A stretch of DNA of 64,000 nucleotides from Selaginella moellendorffii. Its lineage: Eukaryota > Plantae > Lycopodiophyta. Of the stretch, positions 47,378 to 59,766 are shown piece by piece. Made by a program: the position numbers and the translations under genes. The notes under the pieces were generated by a model, which did not search any database, was not told where the DNA came from, and was given only the letters and a program-made list of their open reading frames with translations. The stretch is taken from positions 1,966,623 to 2,030,622 of the forward strand of contig NW_003314274.1 of NCBI RefSeq assembly GCF_000143415.4, read 5' to 3'. How positions within the stretch are numbered: the first letter of the stretch is position 1; every line of letters begins with the position of its first letter.

Positions 47378-50300
47378 ATGGCTTCGTGCCCGGCAAGATC
47401 AGCGCCAATCCATCCCATCGACAAGGCATCGATTCACAGGATCTGCTCCGGCCAGGTGATTCTAGATCTTGCCACCGCCGTCAAGGAGCTCGTCGAGAAC
47501 AGCCTCGATGCTGGCGCCACCAGCATTGAGGTCAAGCTCAAGGAGCACGGAGGGGATGCGATTGAGGTCTCGGACAATGGGTCTGGCGTCTCCTCCGATA
47601 ACTACCAGGTCTTCTTTCTTTCTCTTGATCTCTTTGTTCTTCGCAAGTTCTCAAGTGATTTTTTTTGCATTTTTTTCAGGGACTTACGCTCAAGTATCAC
47701 ACGTCGAAACTCTCAGATTTTTCCGACTTGCAGTCTTTGACGTCGTTTGGATTTCGCGGGGAGGCTTTGAGCTCCCTCTGCTCGCTGGCCGACGTAAGTA
47801 TTCATACAAGGACCAAAGAGGACGAAACGGGAACTCGTATATCTTACAACCGCGCTGGTCTCATCGTTTCTAAAGAGACTGCCGCTCGCCAAGTCGGGAC
47901 TACTGTGACCGTCTCAAAGCTGTTCAGTCCGCTCCCCGTGCGGCACAAGGAGTTTTTGCGAAACGTGAGGCGGGAGTACAGCCGCATGATCGCCATTTTG
48001 CAAGTAAGGATCGAGTTTCCTTGTCTTTTTTTCGATGTTTTCATCGCTTCTTTTGACAGGCTTATGCACTGATTTCCAAAAACGTTCGCCTGGTGTGCAC
48101 GAACTTGGTTGGCAAAAGCAGTCGCTCCACGATTCTACGCACACAGGGTGGCTCTGTCAGGGAAAACATCGTCACCATCTTTGGTCCCAAGACGATGGCG
48201 TGCTTGGATCCTGTGGACATCAGCTTGCCCGAGGACTTAAGCATCGAAGGCTTCGTTTCGAAGCCGGGGTCCGGCTCTGGCAGAGGATCGAGCGACCGCC
48301 AGTTTTTCTTCGTCAATGGACGACCGGTGGACTTGCCAAAGTTTAGCAAGCTGCTAAACGAGCTCTATAAATCTTTTAACTCACAGCAGTACCCGATGGC
48401 TGTGCTCAACTTTCGGCTTCCAACAACAGCGTACGACGTGAATGTAACTCCGGACAAACGCAAGCTCTTTCTTCACTCGGAAAGCTCGTTCATGGACGGT
48501 CTTAGGAACGCTCTTGGTAACTTATACGCTCCCAACAAGTACACGTACGCGGTCCATGAGGTGGAGGAGCAGAAGTCCTATATGGCGGACTTGCAAACTC
48601 AGGTAGATATCGAGGCTGGAGTTGAAGAAGTTGGAGCTAGTGATGAAGAACAGAATGAAGATGAAGATGACGAAGCGGAGCCAGAAGTTTCGAAGCCTCT
48701 GGACTTCTTCGCTTTTTCTCATGAGGATGTGAGCATCAAAACATCTGTGAGGCCGGCCAGGGTGGCACTTGCGGATAAGAAATGTTCCGTCCAGGGGAAG
48801 CTGACTGGATTTGTTCCGCAAAAAAGAAGAACTGAAGACTCCAAAGAGCTGCTTAGTGAAGAACCAGTGCTCAAGAGACGCGCAACGACGATGGAACTCA
48901 AAGCTCCTCCAAATGCTTTTCCGAAGGAGAAAAACTTCGAGACTGCTAGACCGGCTGATCACTCGTCGAATCCACAGAATAGATCGGCGACAGATGGTGA
49001 GGCTCTTGGTGAAGAATGTGGAGGCCTTCTAAGTGAAGCGCCATTGCTGAAGAAGTGTGCAAAGGTGGGACTTGTGCCGAAGTACTTTGCTCCCAAACAA
49101 CAGGACTCTTCTGTGCAATGTCCGAAGCCTGGTCGAATCAGCGAGCTGCCGAAAAATCCTGTTACTCTTGAATCTGACGACGATGAGGAGGATTCCAGAC
49201 CTTCCGAAGTTCAGGTACGTGATGTCCATCTTTTTTGCGGTTGTTTTGTAACTTGGTTTTCTTGAAGGTTTTGCATACTAAGGATCAAGATAAGTCGCCC
49301 GAGCCTCCTCATACTCCCGCTGAAAAGGCGAAATGTTGCAGCGGGACTAGATATAAGCGCGATAGCTTGTTATCCGAGGAGGTGAATCCCGTAGCATCCA
49401 CGGAAATCCGAGAGGTCGAAGATGACGAAACCGAAAAAAGCATGGACAGGGCCGAAGCGTGTGCGAGAGAACTTAGCTTCGATATTGAGAAAGTGCGGAG
49501 CAGGATACGAAGAGGTTTGTTTCAATACAACAAAAACTTCTCCGCCAAAAGTGCGAAAGGAAGGTAAGGTGTTAGTATTTCTTACACACATCATGATGTG
49601 ATATTTCGTGAACAGGTCCTTCAAAGCGGCCACTTTAAGTCTCGAAGGCCCAGTTCAAGATAAAGAGGCAGCGTTGGCCTCAGCAACGAAAGAACTCGAG
49701 CGCTCTTTTCGGAAAGGCGATTTTAATCGCATGAAGGTAGTAGTAGTAGTACGCTTTGCAAGTTTTATCTCCTTACGATACAACTCTTGACAGATACTTG
49801 GTCAGTTCAACCTTGGATTTATTATTGCGAGGCTGGACTCTGATTTGTTTATTATCGATCAGGTAACTTAATATCAAGTTTCTTTCTCTGGATCAAAGCG
49901 TTTTCATTATTTTCAATTCCGTTTAGCATGCGTCTGACGAAAAGTATAACTTTGAGCGGTTGTCCAAGTCCACAGTCTTAAACCGGCAACCTCTTCTCAG
50001 GTGTGACCTTCACTTTGTATTCATTGTTTTTTTATAACTCGTGTTTTTCTACAGGCCAATGCCGCTACATTTATCTTCAGCGGAGGAAATCACCATCTCG
50101 ACACACATGGAAGTATTCAGGTGCACGAGGAAACAAACAGGAAATCTAAACAAATGCTCGAATTTTTCCATGACAGGCAAAATGGCTTCGATTTTACTGA
50201 GCAAGAGGACGCGCCTCCCGGGCAAAGGATTCTCTTGTCTGCCGTCCCATTCAGCAAAAATGTTACCTTTGGCGTCTCAGGTAAACTTAGAACGCCGATA

Positions 50301-50659
50301 TACCAATCTTTGTTTTTCTTTTCTGCTAGATGTCCAAGAGCTAGTGTCGCTCTTATCGGAAGATTATGGGAGCAGCTCCTCCCATCTCGTCCAGCCATCG
50401 CGGGTGCGCTCAATGCTCGCTTCACGCGCCTGCCGGTCGTCGATTATGATCGGCGATGCCTTGAGTAAGAAAGAAATGGAAAAGGTCAGTGCACAATTTC
50501 GAGAGAACTAAAGTTCACATATTTTTGTGTGCTTTGTGTCCAAAGGTTGTGAGGCATCTTGCAGACTTGGACGCGCCTTGGAACTGTCCGCATGGACGTC
50601 CCACCATGCGGCATCTGTATGATCTAAACGCCAAGAAAAAGGCCTTGCTGTCACCGTGA
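47378..50659 (+). CDS. PMS1: DNA mismatch repair endonuclease PMS1 (PMS2 orthologue)
   Basis: [46 protein letters not shown] and CPHGRPT. Confidence 0.97.
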
Positions 50660-50851
50660 TAACCTGTAAGTTATGTACAAAGCTCCATTTTGCAAGTAAC
50701 CATAGTCTTATTTCATCGCTAGTTTTGATAATTCTCGAATTCTCAGGAGATCACAGCTGCAAATGGCTAATAGAAGGTTTGCGATTATAAAAGGACTCTC
50801 TTCTCGAGTAAACTTACATATGTCAGAGATATAAATCTATGAATCTTCTCT

Positions 50852-50945
50852 TCCAGATGTGCAAGAATAAGTGTCGCTTCATGGACGTCGCACCATTGTA
50901 TGGTCTAACGAAGGCTTCGTTGTCACGGTGATATATCGTAAGTTG
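50852..50945 (+). pseudogene. Compressed duplicate of the last PMS1 exons
   Basis: agatgtgcaaga..agtgtcgct, catggacgtc.caccat, tgtatg.tctaa and tgtcac.gtgata match 50328-50675 with deletions. Confidence 0.7.
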
Positions 50946-51080
50946 TATGGTTTTTCCTGTACAGGCACGTAGAATGCCACTTACACCGATTTATATTTTT
51001 TTTGTTTTTGTTAGCAAGCGGGCACTAAATTCTTAAGAGACGAGATTTATAAACAAAGCATCACCTTCCATGGAAACAAT

Positions 51081-52030
51081 TCAGTATGGAATGGTACCCA
51101 GGCCTTCTCCATCGTGAATCAGGCTCTCGGTAAGCCAGTAGCCATCCCAGCTCCCTCCAACCATCTGGAAAACTTTCGGGTTAAGCTTTGAGAAGCATTG
51201 AAGAAAAACCAGTCACCTGGACGAGAGTAAACTCGAAAGTCCCCTCTTCGTCAGGACGAGCACCCTGGATCCATATTCTCTCCTTAAGCGAATGCTGCAA
51301 AGCAAAAGAATCTTCATCATAAGAAGCGAAAGAGAAGCCATACCTCTGACACTCGTAAGCTACTCAATGTGCGTCTCTCCTTGTGACCGAGGAGCACTCT
51401 GTAAGTTTGATGATGATAAATGCGTCTAAATCTTTCAAACTATATCGTGAAAGTCAAGAGCAAAGCCAAATGGATTCCATGATCTTTCATACTCACTTGT
51501 CCTAGATCCAGGTACCGGCCGAAGTAATTTGAGCGGCTGAATGGATCGAAAGCAGCAAACTGGCCATCCAAGAAAAGAAAAACGATCAAGAAAGAAATAG
51601 AAGCGAGCAAAACACAATTCTACCCGATACATGACTTCGATTCCGTGATCAGGGTATGGGCGATCGTTCTCTTGGAGAGCATCCAGCTGCTGGAGTATCG
51701 TGTCTTCCGCCGTTAACTACACAGAAAGAAAATCCTCATAATGGATCGAAAATTCACGAAAGCTTACTGCTAGAGTCGGTCCGAGGGGCTTCTTTAGCCG
51801 TGATTCACCCCTGGATAGCGATTAAGAACAAGAAGATCCTACAGGAAGCTCTAGAAGACTCACCACGTCGCGGGAAGAAAATCTGGCACATCCATTTTGG
51901 AAATCACTCGGCCAAGGCGCTGGCGCCTGGGGAATTGCTGCCGCTGCCATGGCACCGCTGGGGGATAGATCGAAGAGCTCAAGTGATCGATGGAACCTAG
52001 AAATCTAGCGCCTATTTCCAAAGCCGCCAT
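51081..52030 (-). CDS. Conserved plastid-targeted protein of unknown function (possibly DUF4864-like)
   Basis: MAALEIG.. transit-like N-terminus, then DVPDFL, QLDAL..ND.PYPDHGIEVMYRFA.FDPF, DLGQFERFRRI and GGSWDGYWLTESLIHDG; several introns. Confidence 0.8.
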
Positions 52031-52133
52031 TCAAATAACTAGACTACGTTTCCCCCTTGTAGAGTCCACGCTGGCTTTAAAACTAGTGGCTGTAATGTAA
52101 TGCTTTTAAAATATTTTAGGGCTCTAGCGAGCG

Positions 52134-53951
52134 ATGGCTCCACCTCCTCGCAAGGCGCAAATCTCACAGGAGGCATTCGACGCCGCGGTGCGAGAGAATG
52201 TGGAAGATTTTGAGATGGAGGAGGGTGAGGCGATCGCTGATGCGGTGCACACATTCCAGCTACAAGGCGTCGATCTCACAGGTGCGTGTGTGCTGAGCTC
52301 TACCTTTCTCTGTTAGTCGATGTTGATCTATCTTGACGATCCGGCAGGGATTATCACCGACGGGCGCGGCAAAGAAGAGCATCCTGTGATCCTAGCGGTC
52401 AAAGACCTGAAACTGGCCGTGGACGACAATGCTGGTATGGATCGTCTCTGCGAAGCGCTCGATAAGCTGAGGCTGGCCTCTGCCGGTGAGAACGCTTCCA
52501 TTGCGGTGAGAAATGGCGCTGTTGAGAATGCTGTGTTGGCTTGCAAGCTTTTGATTGATGAAAACAACGCTTCATACGTTTCCACAGCGATGAAGACGCT
52601 TCTCTCTCTCTTGAATGGTAAGCTGACCAAACAGAATATGTCTGGTGCTGGTTTCTAACGAGCCATCTTTTTCTTTCGTTTTTTTGTCTTCCAGACGAGC
52701 AGTCCAAGAAGGATTTCTTCTCCTCCAGTGGATGTGATGTGATCCTAAATTTTCTATCGAGACACGATGACTCCAGTGAGATTTCAATGCTCTCAGCAGC
52801 AGTGATCGCGTCATCAGCATCAGGATCCGAGATGCTTAAGGAGGAGTTCATGCATTTAAAAGCGGATGAGAAGCTTATAAAAATTCTGAGGCGCTACGTA
52901 GAGAATGCTGAAGTACTAAGCAGTGCTTGTGACGCGTTGAAAGCATTGGTGTCTCCCGACGATAGTAACGTGTTAGCTTCAAACGTAAGCAGCAGTTAGA
53001 TTGATTCTTCACTCAAATTTTTTGGTACTGTCTATTCTACAGGCCTTTAAAAACGCCAGAACAATATGGAAAGCAGGAGGTGTGAACGCTGTTTTGGAGA
53101 CGGCTTCATCCAACCGAAAAGATCCTACACTGTTGGTGACACTTTGTGCGACATTGAAAGCTATGGCAGTGAATGTACGTATCATTTTTGTGAACTCTAC
53201 CATTTCTAGACTCAAGTTCTATGTATCAACAGGAAGAGATCTGTAAATCAATCACGGGGGATAATGGACTTGAGCTAACTTTGGAGTTCGTGGACGAATC
53301 TGCAAAAATGCCAAACAAGCTCTTGGCTAAGAATGCGTGCTCACTGATAACGCAGGTGAGACTACAATTTTTGTCCGGTACAGTCTAAGTCGGTTGCTGA
53401 TGGATTTTTGTCCCGGGTGGCAGCTGGCATTAAGTGATGCCAACAAAGATGCCATTGTTTTGCAAGGAGGATGTCAAAAACTCGTTACGCTAGCTTCGTG
53501 CTATTCAGAAGACGTTTCGGTGATTCAAGAGGTATTTGAAAAAACTGCCTGCGTAAATTAGAAAGCTCTGACCGTGCCCTCTGGCAGGTGATGTCTGCTA
53601 TTGCTTCCATAACGTTGAGATCCCCTTCAAATGCTACCAAAGCAGTCGAGGCTGGCGCGATTGACTTAGCGGTGGAGATGATGGACAAGCACCCGCAGGC
53701 CCCAGGCATGCAAAAGCAAACGTGTCACATGCTGCGAAATCTAGCGTCACGGAATCCCGAGAACAGGCAATGCATTTTTTTGTCTCCCACCTTCGTGCAT
53801 GTTTCTCACTTATATTCTTTTGCTTGTCAGGGCGCTGATACTGGAAAGGGGCCTTGAGAAGCTGATAAGAGCAGCCAAATCCAGGCATGCCAGCTGCAAA
53901 GACGCATCCTCTGCTGCGTTGCGAGACCTGGGCCTGGACAATTACAATTAG
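52134..53951 (+). CDS. ARMC6: Armadillo repeat-containing protein 6-like
   Basis: [37 protein letters not shown] and ALRDLG; the last intron has a GC donor. Confidence 0.9.
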
Positions 53952-55479
53952 AGAAAGAGGTACATGCATTACGGCAAACGCGCCGACTGATCAAAACGCT
54001 TAACGTGAGTCTGTCGTTGTTGAGTGTAGATGGGCAAAGTAGACAAACAGATTCTTAGCGTTCCACATCAACCGGTCGAGGAGAAGATGAGAAAATTCCG
54101 CCAGGAAGCATCTCCGCGGGAGGGGTGCGTCAAACACCAACAACTTGGACGGACGTATGTCAACTCGACTCCCGTGTCCAACACTTTGGCGGGGAAAAGG
54201 CGGGTGGACGGAGCTACTAGACAAAAGCCGCAACACCAAAGCAACACGAAAAGGCTGAGGAGGTAAATAAGAGAGGGGAAGAGCAAGAAGATCCCAACCA
54301 AGACAAGCTAACCATGGATAGATGGATGGACCACACAAAAAGTTCGCCGCAGTGACGTGCGAAGGCCCCCCCCTGACCCCAACAGGTAAATGTGTGGGAC
54401 TGGGAGAACAACACAGCGACAACGAACTCGCCGCTCGCACGCACGTACACGTACGCATCGCCTCAACTTGTCCTCCCCGGCCGGAACCACTCAATCTAGA
54501 TGGATTTGAACCAGCAACCACCGGATCGATTGAGTGATGGAGATGAACAATTGCCTCACCGCAGCAGCAATCCGTGAGTTAACGCTGGTTTAGTTTCATC
54601 TTTCCTGCTTTTAAATACGTTTTTGCGTTGCAGAGCATTCAATGGCGCTTTCTTTTTTCTCGCGGCCCGATTGCGATGTCGAGAAAGGAGCTGCCGAGCG
54701 AGAAAGCGCTCTCATCCTCACCCAGCTCGCTCAGCAAAAACGCAATCCAGGCCAGCGACCATCAACGATCGAGACGACAACACTATCAGCACCTTTACAG
54801 CGCTGCCGAGCGACCTTTACGTCTATCTCGCGCACACACAAACACACCGGCTCAAATTATGCGGACAAGAGACCACTTAAACCTCCATCCCCAACTGTGA
54901 CTTCTCCGGCACCAATCTCGCGCGCAGCACGGCTCTCATCATCATAAATCAGCTCTACTTTCAATGGTAGTTGGCAGCAGCTGACAGGTCGGTCTTTCTT
55001 GCCGCAAAAAATTCTCCTATGCTTGTTTACTAATCCTTCTCTCGTTTTTCTTTTCCAGAGATTCTGTGCGCTATCTATGATCACCAACATCAACGCCACC
55101 CCACGCAATTATCGCTGCCATCCCAAAAGAGCGACTCGCTGCCCTGCCCGGACGACTCTGCTAGAACAGACTGCCAAAAGCAACAAAGACGCAGAGGAAG
55201 AGGAGTGAATCAAACGAATGCCTCATTGCTTGCTTGGCATTGCAGCACTGCTCCATCCAGGTATATTGGCTCTCTAGAAAACCACCTCTCTTTTTTCCCG
55301 GCTCCTCTCCATTGATTTAATGTTCGTTTGTGTGTGGGCGGGCAGAGCCTCCGGACAGTATATAGTTCCTTTTAGCCCCGCCTTGACCAGCCTTGACCGG
55401 CCTTGACCCAGAGCTTTTGCAATTAAAGCTCTGCCAGATGCCATGCCCGCAGCCAGACAGAGCGCGCCCAGCCCCTCAT

Positions 55480-57275
55480 TTAAGATTCCTCCATCTCATC
55501 AAAGCCCTGGCGCTGCTCTTCGTCATCATCCTCCTCGTCTCCTCTTTCGCCACCACCGCCACCACCAGCGCCGCCGCCGCCGCCATTCTCCTCCCGGTCC
55601 TCCCAGTCCGGCACCGGCGTACAGTCGCACTTGTGCCGTATTTTCCAGTCCAAGGCCTGGCACGCCCTCGAGCAATAATTTACCGAGCCGCAGGCCGAGC
55701 AACGCCGGAACTCGTGCCGCCGCGACTCGGGCCGCCCACAGTTGGAGTGCGAGCACAGGCGGAGCCCCGACTCGGGCGGCTTGGCCACGAACCAATCGAC
55801 CATGAACCGGTTTGCTACGTGCAGCTTGGGCGGAGGAACGTTGCAGCCAAAGTCACTGAGTAGCGAGCACCCCCCGCTCTGGAGCAGTGTGTACACCGGG
55901 TGGCACTCGATCGCCGATACTGTTGCTGCTGCTGCTGGCGTCGATGGTGGTGACGAGCAAGACAATCCTCCTCCTGAGTTACTCGTAATTGGCGACAAGA
56001 GCATCGATCGTTGGTGCTGTTGGTGATGATGCTGGTGGAGTTGGGTCCTCTCGGATTGCTGCTGGTGATGATGATGATGATGATGATGATCCTGGGATTG
56101 CTGGAGCAAAGGCGACGACGAGGACGATTTGGCCAGCGCGCCTTTGCCAAGGACGGCGTAGTAATGCAGGTGGTGGTGGAGGCATGCCATGGCACCGCCC
56201 TTGGCAGTGAGGTGGAGCGCCGCCTCCATGAAGCGGCGTGGCGACTGCGCCACCGCCGCCGCCGCCTCCCTGGTGTTGGCCTCGAGCAGCAGTCCCCTCC
56301 CCTTGACCACGTTCTGGGCGACGCCATAGCCGTCCTGCAGGCAGTGGCCGAGCTCGCGCATTGCATCGACGTGACCCAGCGACGCCGCCCTCGCGCACAA
56401 CGCAACGCCCGCCTTGAGGTCCTTGTCCTTCCTGCTTCCCCCGCTGCCATTGAATTGGATAACCGCTAAGGAGTGGAGCGCCGCCGCGTGGGACGCCATC
56501 GCCGCCTTGGCCATGAGGGAGGCGCCGCCGCCTCTGTTATGGAGGCAGTAGAATCGAATCTGGAATAGAGAGGAAGTCACCGAGTGAGTTTCTTCGTCGT
56601 GGAACTAAAGAAAAGGCGAGGAAAAATGGGATAACTGTCCATAAGGGAGGAAAAAGTAAAGACTTTGAGATCGCTGTAAGAGCGCGGAAAAGGGAAAAAA
56701 AAAAAAAAAAAACGCGAGAAAACGCATCGTAACGTTATCCATCGAGCAGGGAAAAACCAAACGAAACTGGAAAGGAATGAGTGATGCGATGGATTGAGCA
56801 GGAGCTTACCATTCCCAGTGTGTAACAAGCCTCGATGTTGCCAGCGTCGGCGCACTGCTTGAGGAAGCGCGACGATCCATCAGACCAGCTCGATGCTTTC
56901 ACGGCCAGCGCGGCAGTGGATGCGTTGGCCAGGACGTGGGGATTCGTGGCGGCCGCGCAGAATCTCCGGCAGCTGGAAGGGACGAACACGCGAAAGGAAA
57001 AAAATCAGTCCTTGAACAATAAGGGAGTGGCGAAATGGAACTTACGTGAGCATGGTGTTGACGAGATCGGCCGGCGACGACGCCGTGGAGCTCACCGCCG
57101 TGATGATCGTGATGAGCACGTCGTCGTGCAGGGAATCGAAGAAGCACGGCGCTCGAGCGGCTTTCGCTGGCCGGTGGGATGTGCCGCTCGGCAGCCGCCG
57201 CTTCTGGACGCTGGGCTTGATGCTGAAAGTGATCCCATCGGAAGGAGAGGGATAGTTCCCCCGCCGAGTCCTCAT
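55480..57275 (-). CDS. F-box / SEL1-like / MYND zinc-finger protein (At1g67340-like)
   Basis: MRTRRG, FDSLHDD, GNIEACYTLGM, IQFNGSGG..KDLKAGVALCARAA, LLSDFGC and CGRPESRRHEFRRCSACG..YCSRACQ..W..H..C. Confidence 0.93.
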
Positions 57276-59766
57276 CCCCTCTCTCTCTCTCTCTCGCAAG
57301 ATCGCTCGAAATATTTCTCTTCTTGGGAGAAAAAGATCGAGCGCAGAATAGAAAGAGAGGAGGATTGGATTGCGAATTCCCGGATCTTTTGACCAATGGA
57401 AGCGCCTGGGGGATTGACCTGGGAAGAAAGAAGAAGAAAACAAGCGCCCCGGGCGACGATCTTTCCAAGGCGTCGGGCAATCCGACGCCGAATGCTTGCA
57501 AAATCTTCCTCCTGCTACCTTTGCTAACACGGCAGCATCGATCGAGATCGATCGAGAATCTGCCGCCAGGCGCGCTATCGAGCTCTCCCTCTTCCTGTGA
57601 GCTCTCCGCCAAGCCCTAGCGCCCAGCCAGGCGGCTTTAAGGGAAGAAAACAAAGCAAGGAAAAGAAAAGGAGAGAGACGAACAAGGAATGAATATACAA
57701 AATATATGGCGCCATGGGCACGCACGAGGCAGCACATTCCGTAGCAGAATGGCCCCCTCCCTCGCCCACGCACGTCCACATTCTCAAAAGAGAATGTCCT
57801 CCCGATTGGGGGCACCGCGGTGATGGACGGCCGCGATCACCCGTGGCATTACGGGGCCGGTCAAAACCTCACGGAGCACGTGGACGGCGGGAATCTCTCA
57901 CCGCCGCACGCGGCTTACCGCGGCCACCGCGCGGTAGCCGCGGTAGGCTTCAAATCGCTATCTGGGTTCCATCGTTTATCTTCTTTTTGCCCTTTTCTTT
58001 GCGTATGGATCTCAAGCTCTAGACCTCGTGGTCTTGACATGAATAATACCAACGAAATTTTTATAAGGTTTCAAACGTTTAAAGTATGGCCGAATATTTT
58101 ACTTTCCAAGGGTGGTGCACTCAATCCACCACTTGAGGGGGAAACTTGCACACAAAACCAAGAAAAACTCGCTCGAGCTTTATAACTTGAGCCCTACGCA
58201 GAGTGGCGCGTGGTTTTCTTTCAGACAATGGACACACAGAGGAAAACAATAAGAACCATCCCCGGCGGCTTCTAGAATCTCGCATGATTTCCAATCCCTT
58301 CGTTTCGTCCAAGCGCACTGTTAGTGCTGTGGCTTGGCGGCTTTGCTTTGGGTTTGTTCAAGGAATCACTCTCCTCTACGTAAAGAGAGAATGCGGTCAA
58401 TTCAGACGGATTGAATCGTCCAAAGAGGCGGGCTGCCAAGTGACCGTATAGAAATTCTTGAGTCTCTCGATTGACTGGGTGTGATCTTTGTTCGTTGACA
58501 AGCAACATTTTTGGTCTCGTCCAATGCTTTGACACCGCGCTTTGATTTTTAGATCTTTTCTATACAAGCGGCAAAGAGAGATTGACCCAATCAAGGGATT
58601 ATAATCTTTGTATCATCGAGCGCGGATTTTACTAACAACCTTGTGGAATCTTGAAACCCTAGACGTTGGAGGCAAGGGGTGGCGCAATTATGGTCCATCT
58701 GGCAACCCTGGCAAGATTTAGGGACAGTTCTCCAGGCTAGGGACAGAGTCCTACACTCAACACACCCCTTCCTACGTCACGCCGCAATAATGGGCGCCCG
58801 CCGGCGGTTACCCTGCCCCGCCGGCCGGGCAACGGCGGTTACGCTGCCTGCCGGCCGAGAACCGCGGAACGGGCCGGCTGGTGCGACACGTGGCATAGCT
58901 CCCCGGGCCGGGCGGGTCAAACCTCCGCCCCAGGGGGCACTGCCCCCGTACTGCATCATTGGGCCGCCGCCGCGCCGTACGACACTGACCGTTGGGAATC
59001 TCGGGCCGAATATCCCGCCCGGTTTGAAAAGAAAGCCGGGTTTAATGGGTGGGCCGCGGGTTGGACCCCGCTAAAAGGAATCAGCGTCAAGGCCACGAAG
59101 ATGTCACGTCTTTGGGATTAAAATCCTTACTAAACTCCGAGCTTTGCTTGCTCGTTCCTTTTAGATCTCTCTGCTTTTTCTTTTTTGTTCTTTGTATAGG
59201 CTACGTAGCTTTCGATATTGACTTTAGCAACAGGAAGAGCAACTCTTGACGATTTGTTTAAGTCTCGTTTGTTTGGCCTTAGTGATCTCTTCGTATTCCT
59301 TCACGAATGTGGAAATAGCTCGCTGTCGTTTTTGTTAAGGCCAGCCATATGATTTAAATCATCATCGCTATCATGGTCACTACACCCTAGGATACGAGAG
59401 CTTTTCGGAATAGCTTATAGGTGGCCTCTCCTCATGAGGCCTCGTATGTATAGTTTCTCTCGTTTTTCTAGCTTTGACTTGAGATGGATCATACTACACT
59501 CCACCATATCTTTACTCGTTTCCAGCTCAGGACCTGTGTGTGCGTTGCTTCCACTTACTCACTCCACTAATGGGATCCACGAGATTGTGATCTCTTGCAC
59601 TACGCAAAGGCGAAACGGACTTTGGAAAGTTTCTTAGATTCCCATTCTCTCCTGTTGAAAGTTTACAAACCAATGTGCAGAGGTTGTGTAAAAGAGAACG
59701 AACAAGAAGGAACGGAAGAATACACTCGCTACCTGCAAAATAGTGTCGTTGAGGACCCTCTTTTGC

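Noticed and set aside
54380-54600. USE-like GTCCCACA and CTAAACC on the minus strand suggesting an snRNA or telomerase RNA
   Set aside because: No TATA at the correct spacing, the template is incomplete (CTAAACCAG), and the elements are in the wrong order.
57780-59070. GC-rich palindromic tracts (e.g. hairpin 57910-57941; ggcggttac repeats near 58800)
   Set aside because: Short GC palindromes are expected by chance in GC-rich promoter-like DNA; no TIR, TSD or RNA family recognised.
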